Positions 25,425-37,811 of a stretch of DNA of 64,000 nucleotides are shown here, piece after piece. The notes under the pieces are model-generated. The model worked only from the letters and a program-made list of their open reading frames with translations, had not been told where the DNA came from and searched no databases. Origin of the DNA: Mobula birostris (lineage: Eukaryota); NCBI RefSeq assembly GCF_030028105.1, contig NC_092370.1, positions 82,294,969 through 82,358,968 of the forward strand, given 5' to 3'. Each line of letters starts with the position of its first letter. Position 1 is the first letter of the stretch. A program made the translations under genes and the position numbers.

Positions 25425-26610
25425 GCACATGATAAAATAGGCCAAAGTCAGCATGTTTCCTAAGGGGAAATCATGCCTGATAAATCTGTTGGAATTCTTT
25501 GAGGAGATATCAAGCAGGAAAGGAAAGTCAGTGGATGTTCTATATTTGGATTTTCGGAAGGCCTTTGACAAGTTACCACACATAATGCTGCTTAACAATA
25601 TAAAAGCCCATGGTATTACAGAAAGTTCCCAGCATGGATAGAAGATTGGCTGACTGGCAGGAGGCAAAGAGTGGGAATAAAGTGGGGGCTTTTCTAGCTG
25701 GCTGTCAGTGACTAGTGGTATTCCACAGGGGTCTGTGTTGGGACCACTTCTTTTCACATTGTATGTCACTGATTTGGATGACAGAATTGATGGCTTTATG
25801 GCCAGGTTTGCGGATGATATAAAGAAAGGTGGGGATGCAGGTACTGTTGAGGAAGCAGGGAGTCTGCAAAGGACTTCAACAGATTGGGAGAATGGGCAAA
25901 GAAGTGGCAGATGGAATATAGTGTGGGAAAATGTACAGCCATGCAGTTTGGTAGGAGGAATAAAGGCATGGACTATTTTCTAAACAGGGAATAAAAAGCA
26001 AGGATGTAATGCTGAGACTTATAGAGCATTGCTAAGACTACACTACACTAGGAGCATTGTGAGCAGTTTTGGGCCCTTTATCTTAGAAAAATTTGCTGGC
26101 ATTGGAGAAGGTCCAGAGGAGGTTCACGAGAATGATTCTGGGAATGAAAGGGTTAATAACGTACGAAGAGCATTTGATGGTTCTGGGCTTGTATTTTTTG
26201 AAGTTTAGAAGAACGTGGGGGAAATCTCATTGAAACCTATCAAATATTGAAAGGCCTAGGTAGAGTGGATGTGGAGAGGATGTTTCCTATAGTATGGGAG
26301 TCTAGGACCAGAAGGCGCAGCCTCAGAATCGCGGGAAGTTCATTTAGAACAGAGATGAGGAAGAATTTCTTTAGCCAGAGAGTATTGAACCTAGCACAGA
26401 TGGTTGAGAAAGTCAAGTCATATTATATAAGATATATTTAAAGTGGAGATTGATAGGTTCTTGATTAATCAGAGTGTCAAAGGTTACAAGGAGAAGGCTG
26501 GAGAATGGGGTTGAGTGGGGTAATAAATCAGTCATGTTGGAATGGCAGCAGACTTGACGGGCTGAATGGCCTAATTCTCCTATTGTGTCTCTTATGTGTT
26601 ATGGTCTTAT
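25425..26610 (+). mobile_element. CR1 RT plus 3' end fragment
   Basis: [38 protein letters not shown] and FRTEMRKNFFSQRV motifs; CR1 3' UTR. Confidence 0.9.
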
Positions 26611-26659
26611 AGATGTTCTGCAGCTAATTTACCTTCCCTCTGGAGTCAATCTCTAGGGA

Positions 26660-27225
26660 AACAGTGTTAGTTTGCCCAGTGCTTCAGGTTAATAACCTTT
26701 GACATTGACCTGAAACATTATCTCTGTTTTTCTGAAAATAAAAATAGAAATGGCAGATGCTGGAAATCTGAGACAAAACCAGAAAATACTGGAAGAACTC
26801 AGTTGGTCAGGTAGTATGTGTGAAAAGAAAAACAATTAACATTTTAGAGCCTTTAGAGGATCTCAGACTGAAATATTAATTTGTCACTCTTCCCACAATT
26901 GCTGGCTGATCTATTGAGGTTTCCAAGCATTTTCTACTTTTATTAATTCTGTTACTCTTGCCACAGATGCTGCCCGATCTGCCAAATATCTCCAGCATTT
27001 TCTGTTTTATTTTATATTTCCTGCTTGTGTAATTTTTAGCGTTTAAATAAAAGAATAAGTAGTGTAACTGGCTCCTAATATCACAAATTAAATCAAATTC
27101 CTGCATGTGTTATGAGGTCTTGACCTGAAACATCAACTCTCCCTTTGCCTCTACAGATATTTCAGGACCTGCTGAGTTATTGCAGCAGTTAATTCTGTGC
27201 TTCAAGGTCCATCATCTGCTGTCTC
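26660..27225. mobile_element. Cluster of decayed PLE-derived fold-back fragments
   Basis: Several copies, on both strands, of acagatgctgcc...ctgctgag..ctccagcattttctg and gacctgaaacat. Confidence 0.55.
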
Positions 27226-28648
27226 TTTTCCCCCACATCATGGGTTAGCTCTGCAATGTGTTTAAGTAATTCAAAACTGGCTTATTATTGCCCCATGTAC
27301 TGTACTCAGATAGAACGAGAAGCTTTTGTTGCATGCCACTAGAGTGATCATTCCATAACCAAGTACATCGAGGTAGAGCAAAAGGGAAAACAAAAATAGA
27401 ACACAGAATATAGTGTGTTTAAAATACACTAATTCCAGAGGTATTTATAGCCAGTAACACATTTAAGGTAAAAGAATTAATCAAGGATTATGGTAAAAGA
27501 ATGACACTCTGGTTTTGACCACATATATAACACTTATAATCTACACAGATTTTGTTTGGAAATGTTTTCTTAAATCAGTCAACTTCTCCTTTCTTCATAC
27601 TTCTGCTGTGCTTGACGAAGGCAAATCTGTATGATTTTTCACATTCAGGTTCCTATTATTGGCCCCTAATGTCTATGTTAGCCAAGATTGAGTGGCCAGG
27701 ATGAACGTGCTTTCCTGTACAGTGCCATTGTAGGAAATTATAGTTTTAAATATCTTTCTCAGAGTATACTGCCCTTTTTAAAGTTCAAATACACTGTGTG
27801 TTTATTGGAACATAGCTTGGAGATTAATGGTGTTATAACAAAAAAATGATACATGATAAATGATGAAATGATAATTGTTGATGTTGCTGTTCCTGCATTA
27901 CCAAGAAGCATGGCTAAGGAACAATTAAAATATATAACTGTTTCGTTAAATACTTATGCTGGATAATTGCACAAGACAGAACTAATAAATCTTGCAAATG
28001 TTGTTGCTTGGGGTCAAATTTTAAAAACTAACCATTACTTAAACAATTTAGTATAAAGCCACCTTTGTTCGGGTTCCAGAGTACATGGTTGACTGCAAGA
28101 CCCTTGGTCTAGTAAGTTGCTGTGTAATACCCAATGATCAGGCAGCTACAGATATGCACAAGTTTGAATTAGTTGTAATTATTCCCCAAAGATCTTGATC
28201 TATGGACTGAGTCTAAGTTGCAAAACCCATATGTGAGTGTGAAATCCAAGCTATGTGCTTATATGTAAATAGAGCCATCTGTTATATAAATACACCTGTA
28301 CAATATTAGATAGGAAATAGAATAACACTTTAATTTCTTCTGTAGAATTATTAATGGCTCTGTCATTTCCTATGAGATCAATTCAAGTGGATCTTGTTAA
28401 CACTGGTAATGTTTAATAATTTCTTCACAGCATTAGTACGGTATTACTGTGTCCACATAGTTAAAGAAGAAAATACTTTAGACAGAGCAAAAGTAACAAT
28501 GGAGATATAAACAGATCTTGTAGAGTCATAGAATCGTTCAGCACAGAATCAGGCCCTACCAACCTCCATGACCATCTTGACCATCTACACTAATCCCATT
28601 CACCTGCATTAAGGCCATATTCTTGTGTGCCTTGTTTATTGAAGTGCC

Positions 28649-28822
28649 TGAAGACACACAGAACTGCAGATGCTGAAATCTGTAGCAAAAAACAAACTGC
28701 TGGATGATCTCAGGCAGAATCCGTGAAGGGAAACGGACAGGCCAAGCCTGAAATGTTGACAGTCTAATAACCTCTGCAGATGCTGCCTAGCTTGCTGACT
28801 TCCTCCAGCAGTTTGTTTTTGC
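28649..28822. mobile_element. PLE-derived fold-back element with TSD
   Basis: Inverted arms agcaaaaaacaaactgctgga / tccagcagtttgtttttgct. Flanking repeat tattgaagtgcc (28637-28648) / tatttaagtgcc (28823-28834). Confidence 0.7.
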
Positions 28823-29054
28823 TATTTAAGTGCCAGTCTGATTCTCTCTTAACTGGAATGGCTAACTCATTCCATCACCTGGTCGGGCAGCAAATCCCAG
28901 GTATCTCCCAATCTCTGTGTGAAATATCTAGTCACAAAATCAAATACGGTCTTTCCAATATCGTTAGCTAAGGATTTTAAAATTGTTTCCATATCCACAT
29001 GCTTAAGGAAAATACTTACTTGGATGTCTTGGGCATTTGCCATAGCACTTATCG

Positions 29055-29225
29055 ATGGCATGGCAATTGCTGTGGTCTCATGGCTTCAGGGACCTACAGT
29101 CAATTATGACCTTAGTTGTCTGTATGGAGTTAGTGTGATTTCCCTGTGACTGCATGGGTGTCTTCCTGATGTTCTGGTTTCCTCCCACTTCACAAAGATG
29201 TGCTAGTAGCTTAATTGGCAACTGA
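29055..29225 (+). mobile_element. Decayed V-SINE
   Basis: V-domain ...ccctgtgactgcatgggt...ggtttcctcccac...caaagatgtgc. Confidence 0.6.
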
Positions 29226-29250
29226 CAGGATTTCTCTGCTGGGAGCTGGC

Positions 29251-29730
29251 ATCAGAATCAGAATCAGGTTTATTATTACTGACATAAGTTGTGAAATGTG
29301 TTTTTTTGCAGCAGCAAAACAAGTACAGGACAAGACATAAAAGTTACTAAAAGTTATGAAAATTAACATAAAGTGCAAAAAATGAATAATGAGATAATGT
29401 TCGTGCATTCATTGACTGTTCAGAAATCTGAAGGCGGAGAGGAAGAAGCTGTTCTTAAAATGTTGAGTGTGAGTCTTCTGGCTCCTGTTCAACACACACA
29501 AAATTCTGGAGGAATTCTGCTAATCAGGCAGCTTCAATGGAGAGAAATAAACCGTCGAAGTTCCTCTCCATAGATGCTGCCTGACCTGCTGAGTTCCTCC
29601 AGCATTTTGTGTGTGTTACTCTGGAATTTCAGCATCTGTAGAAACTCTTGTGTTTATGACTTCTGGCTCTTGTACCTCACAGTGTTAGTAACAAAAAGAG
29701 GGCATGTGTCAAATGGTGAGAGTCTTTAAT
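29251..29730 (-). mobile_element. Rex1/Babar 3' fragment hosting a fold-back insertion
   Basis: (ATTCTG)n tail at 29251; the host sequence resumes after 29660. Confidence 0.7.
29489..29659. mobile_element. PLE-derived fold-back element with a 14-bp TSD
   Basis: Inverted arms; TSD cttctggctcctgt (29475-29488) / cttctggctcttgt (29660-29673). Confidence 0.8.
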
Positions 29731-30220
29731 GACTTGGAAGGTCAAATGGTAATCCAAATATGCTTGTAGCCTCTTGTAGGTAGGGCCCATTTAATTCCTT
29801 GTACCATCATCCTCCCTGTTTTCTCTGATCTTTTACTGCTGGATCCTGGCCCCATGCTGATCCCACAGCTCCCTAACTGTCCTCCCAGATGATGATATTC
29901 CTACCAAAGCCTGGAAGTAATCTTTGAGGTTTCCATTACTCTGGACTGAAAATCTATTTCTTTATTTCTCTAACTGCGACTCTCAGCTTTAGTCCAGGCG
30001 CCCATGATTTACAAGTTCCTCAGCTGGTTTATTCATGGCCTGTGTTTAGTTGAATGAGGCTAATCTTTTGTGTACAGCAGAGTTTTACAAGAAGACACAC
30101 ATTGGTCTCTCCACACTCACTAGTCCGCTGTGCCTTTTTAAGCAATGAAATTATCTAGGCTCCTGTTTTGAGTGTACCAAGCTCTCTAGAATATATTGTA
30201 AATGTAACAGATTGTATATA

Positions 30221-30422
30221 AAGCACACAAAATACTGGAGGAACTGTCAGGCAGTATCTGTGGAGGGAGATAACAGTCGACTTTTCAAGCCAAGATACTT
30301 CATCAGGCCTCTGTCTTGACTTGAAACATTGACCATTTAGTTCATTCCATAGATGCTACTGAGGTCCTCCAGCATTTTGTGTGTGCTCCTCAAGGATTCC
30401 ATTATTTGCAGAATCTCGTGTC
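30221..30422. mobile_element. PLE-derived fold-back element with a minus-strand hammerhead core
   Basis: Minus strand reads cCTGATGAagtatcttggcttGAAAagtcgactg; arms gcacacaaaatactggagga / tcctccagcattttgtgtgtgc. Confidence 0.65.
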
Positions 30423-30920
30423 TGCGATTTTATTATATATTTGGAGAAGCCATTTACAAGTTAGTGCATTTTCTATGCAAGATTTAATTCTAACATGGAA
30501 GGAGGTTTTAGATACTGTATAATTTCAAGTACTCATGAGTTGAAATCCAATATTTTTTTTCCTCTACTTATTTAGAAACTAGCATCTTTGTTGGCTTGAT
30601 TTACTCCTTTATCCTTGTAGCTTATCCATTCTTTTCTCCCTGCTGTTCAACTTGTTCAGAAGTCCCACCTCCTATTCCATCAATCTTTTTCCATCTCCAC
30701 CTCCTTAGCACTCATATTGGTTAATGGGGATCATCTGTTTTACCTTTAAATCTGCTGTTTTCACTCTTCTTAAAGGAGACTGAAGTGATTGGGTGAAGCT
30801 CAGTGGGGATTCATAAGGGGCCAGTCACAATAGCGAGTGTAGTGCAGGAAAAGATGCATCAGTGGTCCAAGCCGAAGGTATCTGTAGCCTCCTGGTAAGC
30901 CTCAGGCTTGCTCAGCTCAC

Positions 30921-31396
30921 ATTCTATTGGTGTCTGCTACCCACAGCAGGCTGAGGGTAGCAGACACCAACAGAATCAACAAACTCATCCGTAAGGCCAG
31001 TGATGTTGTGGGATGGAACTGGACTCTCTCACGGTGGTGTCTGAAAAGAGGATGCTGTCTAAGTTGCATGCCATCTTGGACAATGTCTCCCATCCACTAC
31101 ATAATGTACTGGGTGGGCACAGGAGTACATTCAGCCAGAGACTCATTCCACCGAGTTGCAACACAGAGCGTCATAGGAAGTCATTCCTGCCTGTGGCCAT
31201 CAAAGTTTACAACTCCTCCCTTGGAGGGTCAGACTCCCTGAGCCAATAGGCTGGTGCTGGACTTATTTCATAATTCACTGGCATAATTTACATACTACTA
31301 TTTAACTATTTATGGTTCTATTACTATTTATTATTATGGTGCAATTGTAACGAAAACCAATTTCCCCCGGGATCAATAAAGTATGACTATGACTTC
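30921..31396 (+). mobile_element. Rex1/Babar 3' fragment with a 5' snap-back hairpin
   Basis: RINKLIRKAS...SHPLH...CNTERHRKSFLPVAIKVYN; aataaa plus (ATGACT)n tail. Confidence 0.85.
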
Positions 31397-32043
31397 GACT
31401 TCGTCTAGGGGAAGCAGCCTTCGGCCCCACCAAACTGGGTAATCAAGTTTGTGTAGATGCTGTGTGATGTACCCCACCATGCCAAATAACAGACAGCACA
31501 CCATATGCGATTAAATGATTACACTTTGTAAGTATTTCTTGGTGATTGGTTAGTAGAAACAAGTACAACGAAAGTGCCAAGTCAGTAACTCTATCAGTTC
31601 TGTGCACAAATAATTAGTTGGAGCTCTTAGAAAACTGGGTCTCCCTTTCCTTCAGTCGATGTCCTCCGAACTCCGCCGACCCTTGAATGGGATCACCCTT
31701 GGTGGTCGACCAAACGCTCCACACAAATCTGTCCTTGTCTCCTCTCCTCGCCAAAGACCCTGGCCTTGGACTCCCGCTCGGGGTCCATTCCTCGCCCATC
31801 TTACAGCATCTCTCTCATCGCATCTCCTCTCTCTGTCTCCATCACGCCTTCTCCCCAAAGCCCGCGAAAACAGTAGCTTACAGACACACAAGAAAGAATA
31901 ACGTCTATCCCAATTGGTTAGCAAATGAATACAATTCTCGTTATCAGTAATTATAACCCAAACAAGCTGCTACCGTTAACTCAGCAGTTAACATTACAGA
32001 GAAGCCATTTTATTATAACATAACAAAGAAGCCATTTTATTAG

Positions 32044-32256
32044 TGCAAACACGAAGAAATCTGCAGATGCTGGAATTTCAAGCAACACACATAAAAATTG
32101 CTGGTGAACACAACAGACAAGGCAGCATCTATAGGAAGAGGTACAGTTGACGTTTCGGGCCGAGACCCTTCATCCCTTCTGCCCGAAACGTTGACTGTAC
32201 CTCTTCCTATAGATGCTGCCTGGCCTGCTGTGTTCACCAGCAATTTTTATAGTTAT
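32044..32256. mobile_element. Young PLE-derived fold-back element
   Basis: ~70-bp near-perfect inverted arms centred in the hammerhead region; flanking direct repeat agccattttattag (32030-32043 / 32257-32270). Confidence 0.85.
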
Positions 32257-34157
32257 AGCCATTTTATTAGCCCTAGCAGTAACATAAAAGAAAGAACCCC
32301 TTACATATCTCATACATTTAACTTGGCCAAAACAATGGTATTGGTATTGCTGTTGGTTTATTATTGTCATGTGCACTGTGATACAGTGAAAAGATTTTGT
32401 TTGTATGCAATCCAAACAGATCATGTCATACATTATTACATCGAGCTAGTAAAAAGAAAATAAAATGCAGATTTAGTGTTGCTGCATATATTTCATCCTG
32501 CATTCATCTTAAATTATGTTCAACCATGCTGTCTCCACCTCAAACTTAATTCTTTGCTCCCCATCCATATGAACCCCAGGTCTTTATTTTCCTTATCTTA
32601 TGGACCTTGAATTTAATCTTAATGCTTGTGCCAATTACTTCGACCATGTGTATTTGACTTTTGTGGAATTTCCTCTTTATATTTCTTCCTTCACCATTCT
32701 CCTTTAAAAAGCCTTTTTAAATACATCCCTTTGACCAAGTTTTCAGCTGCCCTTCCACTCTCTTTCTTTATGGTCTGGTGTCTGTTTTCCATATGCTTGC
32801 CTGTAAAATGCCTTGGGATTTTTCCTTTAGATTAAAGGCATTGCACAACTCCGAGTCATTGCTGCTGCAGTGCACTGGTGCTCTCTCTCTGTGTATGTGA
32901 AACAATGTGCTTGAGTGCAAGCCTGCTATGCGCAGGGGTTCACCATTCCTGGTGCAAGGAGGCCTAAAGTGGTTGCAACAAATGCACTGGGTAGAATGGC
33001 AACACTGAATGATGCAGCTGAGCATTACTGAAAAGAAGAGCTGAGGGTGATCCAACAGCTTATGTTCATAGAGCACTTTGAACACTGTAAAAGGAGACTG
33101 AAGTAATGGGGTGAAGATCATTGTACTCTTAGAAGTTTTAGCAGACAGGATGTTGACTGTAGATCCTCTGATGCAATGCATGCCATAGAAGACCCAAAAC
33201 TTGTTCAGAGAGGTATATAATTAAACAGAATGCCAGAGTTTGGGTGCATGGCTACCAGTGATGCAGCGCAGGTTGTCAGATTTGGCGCAGCTCAGAGTAA
33301 AGGGTTGGAGGGCTGGAGATGTTTTTTTTTACAGAAGTGGGGGTGGCAATTGGACTATTGGTAAACTTGAAAGCAGCCACAAAGATTTCAAATAATGAAT
33401 TCTAAACTATTGGTTCAACAGTTAACCATATGGAAAAATCAGTGCTGCCTTATGCAGTTCATTGGGTGTCGGTAGAAATGAATGAACTCTTGGGAGTTTT
33501 GACAAGTTTTCTTTTCCTCATCCTTTGATTAATTTTGCTGTGCAAGTCACAGTGCTCTGGATTCAAATTGAACAATCTTTCTTATGGTGAAAAGGTGCCC
33601 TGGCATTTCATCAGCATATTTCCAAATGCAATGCTTGTGTGTGCAGAAGTAGTTGCCCATGTCTTCATACTGAATGAAGAGATTCCTTCACACAATCATA
33701 TTGGCAATTTTTTTTTTCTGAGAAAGCAGTGGAACTGCTTAAGGAGCGAGGGAAGACAGAGACTCCCATAACGTGTAAGAAGTAGCTCATCAAGGACTTG
33801 AATTGCCAAGGCAAGGCATTGCAGGCTATAGGCTAGTTAGGATTAATACTGTACTATGGGTACTTGATGGCTAACATGGATGTGGTGGACTGAAGGGCCT
33901 GTTTCTGAGCTGTATGACTTTGCACACTTTGTCCTGAACATGAGGAAGATTATCAAGTTCTGAAAAAGAAACTAATACTAATTACAGAGGGAAAGCTGAA
34001 ATTGAGAAACAGAAGGTGCCACACAATGCTTAAAGCAAATAATTGAGGGTGATTTTCTGCCCCAACAACTTTTAAGATGCAGATAAAATGAGAAAGGAAA
34101 AATCAAACAAAAGAGAAAGTGTATAATGGATTGGAAAGCAAGGTAGATGGAATAAAA

Positions 34158-34730
34158 GACCATAAGACATAGGAGCAGAATTAAGCCATTCAGCCTATGG
34201 AGTCTACTCCACCATTTCATCATGGCTGATCCTGGATCCCATTCAACCCCATACACCTGCCCTCTGACCATATCCCTTGATGCCCTGACCAATCAGGAAT
34301 CTATTAACTTGCGTTTTAAGTATACCTATGGACTTGGCCTCAACCGCAGTCTATGTCAGAGCATTCCACAGATTCACTACTCCTTGGTTAAAAAGATTCC
34401 TCCTTACTTCTGTTCTAAAAGGTCGCCTCTCAATTTTGAGGCTGTGCCCTGTAGTTCTGGATACCTCCACCAGAGGAAACATTCTCTCCACATCCACCTT
34501 ATCTCGTCCTTCAACATTCAGTAGGTTTCATTGAGATACCCACGCATTCTTCTAAATTCCAGTGAGTACAGGCCCAAAGCTGCCAAATACTCCTCATATG
34601 TTAACCCTTTCATTCCAGGAATCATCATCGTGAACCTCCTCTGGGATCTCCAATAACAATCATTCCTTTCTGAGCTAAGAGGCCCAAAGCTGTTGACAGT
34701 ACTCCAAGTGTGGCCTGATTCGTGTCTTAT
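34158..34730 (-). mobile_element. CR1 3' fragment
   Basis: Begins accataagacataggagcagaatta (reverse complement of the CR1 3' end), followed by the ORF2 C-terminus. Confidence 0.85.
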
Positions 34731-36087
34731 ATGACAGTAGAATACAGGATGTTGGTAATGGAAGAAATAAAGAAGAAAAAGATGGTCCAGACATGGTGCA
34801 AAATAAAACCACCTTCTAAAATAGTTGAACTCATGTTGAATCCAGAAAACTATATTGTGCTGGGTTGTAAGGTGAGCTACATTAGAATAATGTAGGTGGC
34901 TTAAAACGTGAGTAATTAAGCAGATCAGTGATCAGATAATGAGAGTCTTGCTTGTGGACTGAACTGATATTAAAGAAGTCATCGGTCTTCATTTATTCTT
35001 CAAAGACAGATGAAGCCATGTTATGAACAGCAGATTTATTAGCTTTTGTAGAATTCCAGACGTATAACTTCGTGAATTTGATGGTGGGGTGAGATTCAAA
35101 ATCATATACTATAGTGCTATATTGCACTGTACTTCTGCTGCATAACAACAGATTCCATGTCATTTAAGTCAGTGACAATAAACCTGATTCTGGTTCATGT
35201 CCTGGCCTGGATCTTAGTTTAATCTCATAACCACTATGTTGCCAGAACCTCATGAAATAATTTTATCTGAAAGAATTGAGACTCAGTGTGTTAACAGCTC
35301 AACTTTAACCACCCTTCTAGGCATAGAAGAGAAAATCAAAAACCAATCCATTGTTGCATGAGCTCATCTTGGTTGTGAGCTCATCATTGAAGCATTGAAT
35401 GCTTAGCATTAAATGACAAAATTTTCATAACACAGTTTATGTTAATCTTGATCAATCTTTTCTAATTACTTATCTTTTTTAATCTATAAAACCTTAGCTG
35501 TAAAACTGATCTGCTTAACAGTTCTTCTGTTTACCATATCTTAAATCAAAACACAATACAGTTTTGTTCTAAACTAAAGATATCATCTTTGTAATGGGAT
35601 CACCTGAGAAAAATAAGTGAAACATTTTTAGTTTATAAAATGTTAAACACATCTTGAAATATTTAAGGACTGGTATTTTTATAAACAAAGTACCTTTTTT
35701 TGTACAGTTGTGAATTGGGAATTAAGCAAACAAATTCTAATGGTATGAACTGTATGCAGTGATAATTTCAGGCATACATGCCTGGAAATTGAAGTGCACC
35801 CTCTTGTGATTTGCTGAATATACAGTATGTTGTGTACAGAGTTATTGTCCATCTAGATCTCCTTAGAGGTTTTACAGAACTGGGCAGTATGTTAAAAGCA
35901 GCGCAATGGGAATTGACACGCAAAGCACTGTGATGGCTGCATTCAGAATTGGAGCTGCTGCAAAACTGCCATGCTGACTACTGTGGGCTAAGTGTGCACC
36001 TTGGTAGCATAGTATAGTGACAACCAAGGCCGCTGTGGAAGTGAATGTTTTGGGGTGGGTGTTTCATGCTCCTTAATGTGTCCAGGG

Positions 36088-36385
36088 CCATAAGATCATA
36101 AGTCATAGGAACAGAAGTAGGCCATTTGGCCCACTAGTCTGTTCTGCCATTTGATCGTAGCTGATTTATTTTCCCTCTCAACCCGTTTTTCTTGATATTT
36201 CCCCATAATCTTTGGTACTCACACTAATCAGGAGCCTATCAACCTCCCCTCTAAATATGCCACAGCTATCTGCGGCAATGAATTTGACATATCTGCTATT
36301 CTCTGGTTAAAGGGATGTCCTTCTATTCCAAGTCTCTATCCTCTGGTTCTAGACTATCCCATTAATGGAAACATTCTCTCCATGT
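36088..36385 (-). mobile_element. CR1 3' fragment
   Basis: Same 3' UTR family as 34158. Confidence 0.75.
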
Positions 36386-36599
36386 ATAATCCAGTTCGTT
36401 GTGGTGTGTGACAGGCCTCTGATCTGATCAACTCCTGTACCATGATTGGTACAAAGCAATTGTGAGGTGCAGGTGGGTAAAAGGGCTCGTGATTATTGTG
36501 TGCAACTCACAATAGATTTTAAAATATTGCACTTACTAAACTATATAACTGTAGCTGCCCATTATAAAGTGTAATTGGGAGATGCTATTGGTGGAATTT

Positions 36600-37160
36600 C
36601 AGTGTGATAGTGCAGCTCAGATGAAACAACCTCCCTTCCATAGACTCTGTCTACACTTCTTACTACCTCAGTAAAGCAGCCAAAATTATCAAGGGCCCAA
36701 TTACCCAGGACATCTCCCTTCTCCCTCCTCCCTTCAAGCAGTAGAAATAAAACTCTAAAACAGGAGCTCCCAACTTTTTTTTATGCTGTGGACCCCAACC
36801 ATTAACCGAGGGGTCTGTGCACCCCAGCTTGGGAACCTTTGGTCTAAAAGGATGTATCACCATGCTCAATGACATCTTCTATCCCACTATGATAAGACAA
36901 ATTGAATTATCATCTTTTATAAAAAGATGGACCCTTAACCTCATAATCTTCCATGTCTTAGCCCTTGCAACTTATTTTTTGCTGCATTGCACTTCAACTG
37001 TAACTGCAGTATTTTATTTTGTTTTCTGTTGTTTTTTGTTCCCATTTACTATCTCAGTGCGGTGAAGTGATGAAGTGATCTGTATGGATGGCATGCAAAG
37101 CAAACTTTTTCACTGTGCATCTGTATCTGTGCCAATAATAAACTATTTATCAATTTCAAT
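36600..37160 (+). mobile_element. Rex1/Babar 3' fragment hosting a hAT MITE
   Basis: LPSIDSVYTS..LSKAAKIIK..P remnants and a 3' UTR with aataaa. Confidence 0.7.
36761..36841. mobile_element. 81-bp hAT (Charlie-like) MITE
   Basis: Imperfect TIRs CAGGAGCTCCCAAC / CTTGGGAACCTTTG; 8-bp TSD ctctaaaa / gtctaaaa. Confidence 0.75.
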
Positions 37161-37607
37161 TGCCATCTCATTCCTGAACCATAAACTGACGTGCTCCTAC
37201 TTTTATCTCATCAATTGACAACAAAGATTTTAGATTTGCCTTGATGCTCAAATTTAAGCAGGCAGTGGAAGAAATAAAGGATGTTGTATCATGTACATGC
37301 CTGCCATCGCCTTTTGGGGGAATCACGCTCAGAATTGCCCAGGTTCAACTGTTCCACTCAGAAACAATTATGAGCATCATCAAATCTGTGCAAAGTAACT
37401 CTTATATGTGACTTACAGAGAGAAAGCATGTGGGGATTAGTCCAATGTCTAGACAACGCAGGTCACTTTTTCAATAAATATTTAATGGTATTTCTCCCTT
37501 AACTACCCACTTCGCTGGGATATTTAGGATGATTTTCTGTTTTATTTAGGCATTCTGTTAAATGTTTGGATACAGATAGAATGCTCACTGTTTTTTATCC
37601 ACCACAG

Positions 37608-37811
37608 GAAAGCTCTGAATTTGGGAATACTGCGAGACCCAGGATCCGAAGTTGAAGACAGACAATACCAAGTAGACCTGCAATCCATTACCATTGGAAC
37701 AGCCCTCTGGGATCAGCTAAAGCCTGAAAAGGAAGTTAGCAAAGGAGGACTTTGTGCAGAAAATGAAAGGAATTATCAGAATCCAGCACTGGAATGGAAT
37801 ATGGCCAGTAG
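37608..37811 (+). CDS. VPS13B: VPS13B internal coding exon (204 bp, phase 2 on both sides)
   Basis: Acceptor ttttttatccaccacAG and donor AG|GTGAGA. Translates (Q)KALNLGILRDPGSEVEDRQYQVDLQSITIGTALWDQLKPEKEVSKGGLCAENERNYQNPALEWNMAS(S), which matches human VPS13B as recalled: RALNLGILRDPGSEIEDRQYQIDLQSINIG...QNPALEWNMASS. Confidence 0.96.

Larger units (their letters stand above)
30883..32305 (-). mobile_element. Solo LTR (ERV or Gypsy type) with two nested insertions
   Basis: TGTA...TACA termini and a 4-bp TSD TATC at 30879-30882 and 32306-32309; CpG-rich interior. Orientation is inferred. Confidence 0.75.

Noticed and set aside
31614-31950. Overlapping GC-rich ORFs
   Set aside because: They lie inside a solo LTR and show no recognisable protein similarity.
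32040-32463. Mirror-image ORFs MLVNT...DEGSRPETST on both strands (also 12145-12500)
   Set aside because: Artefacts of translating the palindromic hammerhead elements; not genes.
1-37607. miR-875 / miR-599, which in human lie antisense within a VPS13B intron in this part of the gene
   Set aside because: Scanning by eye found only partial look-alikes (gataactgaggta at ~12021; the short hairpin aatttcaggcat-ac-atgcctggaaatt at ~35764) with no proper precursor hairpin. An Infernal or BLAST search is needed.
1-37607. The preceding VPS13B exon (..APQADNPL..RKDIYQ) and, after 48706, the following exon (..SGAQDSGIGSDS..)
   Set aside because: Not found by eye; both probably lie outside the window.
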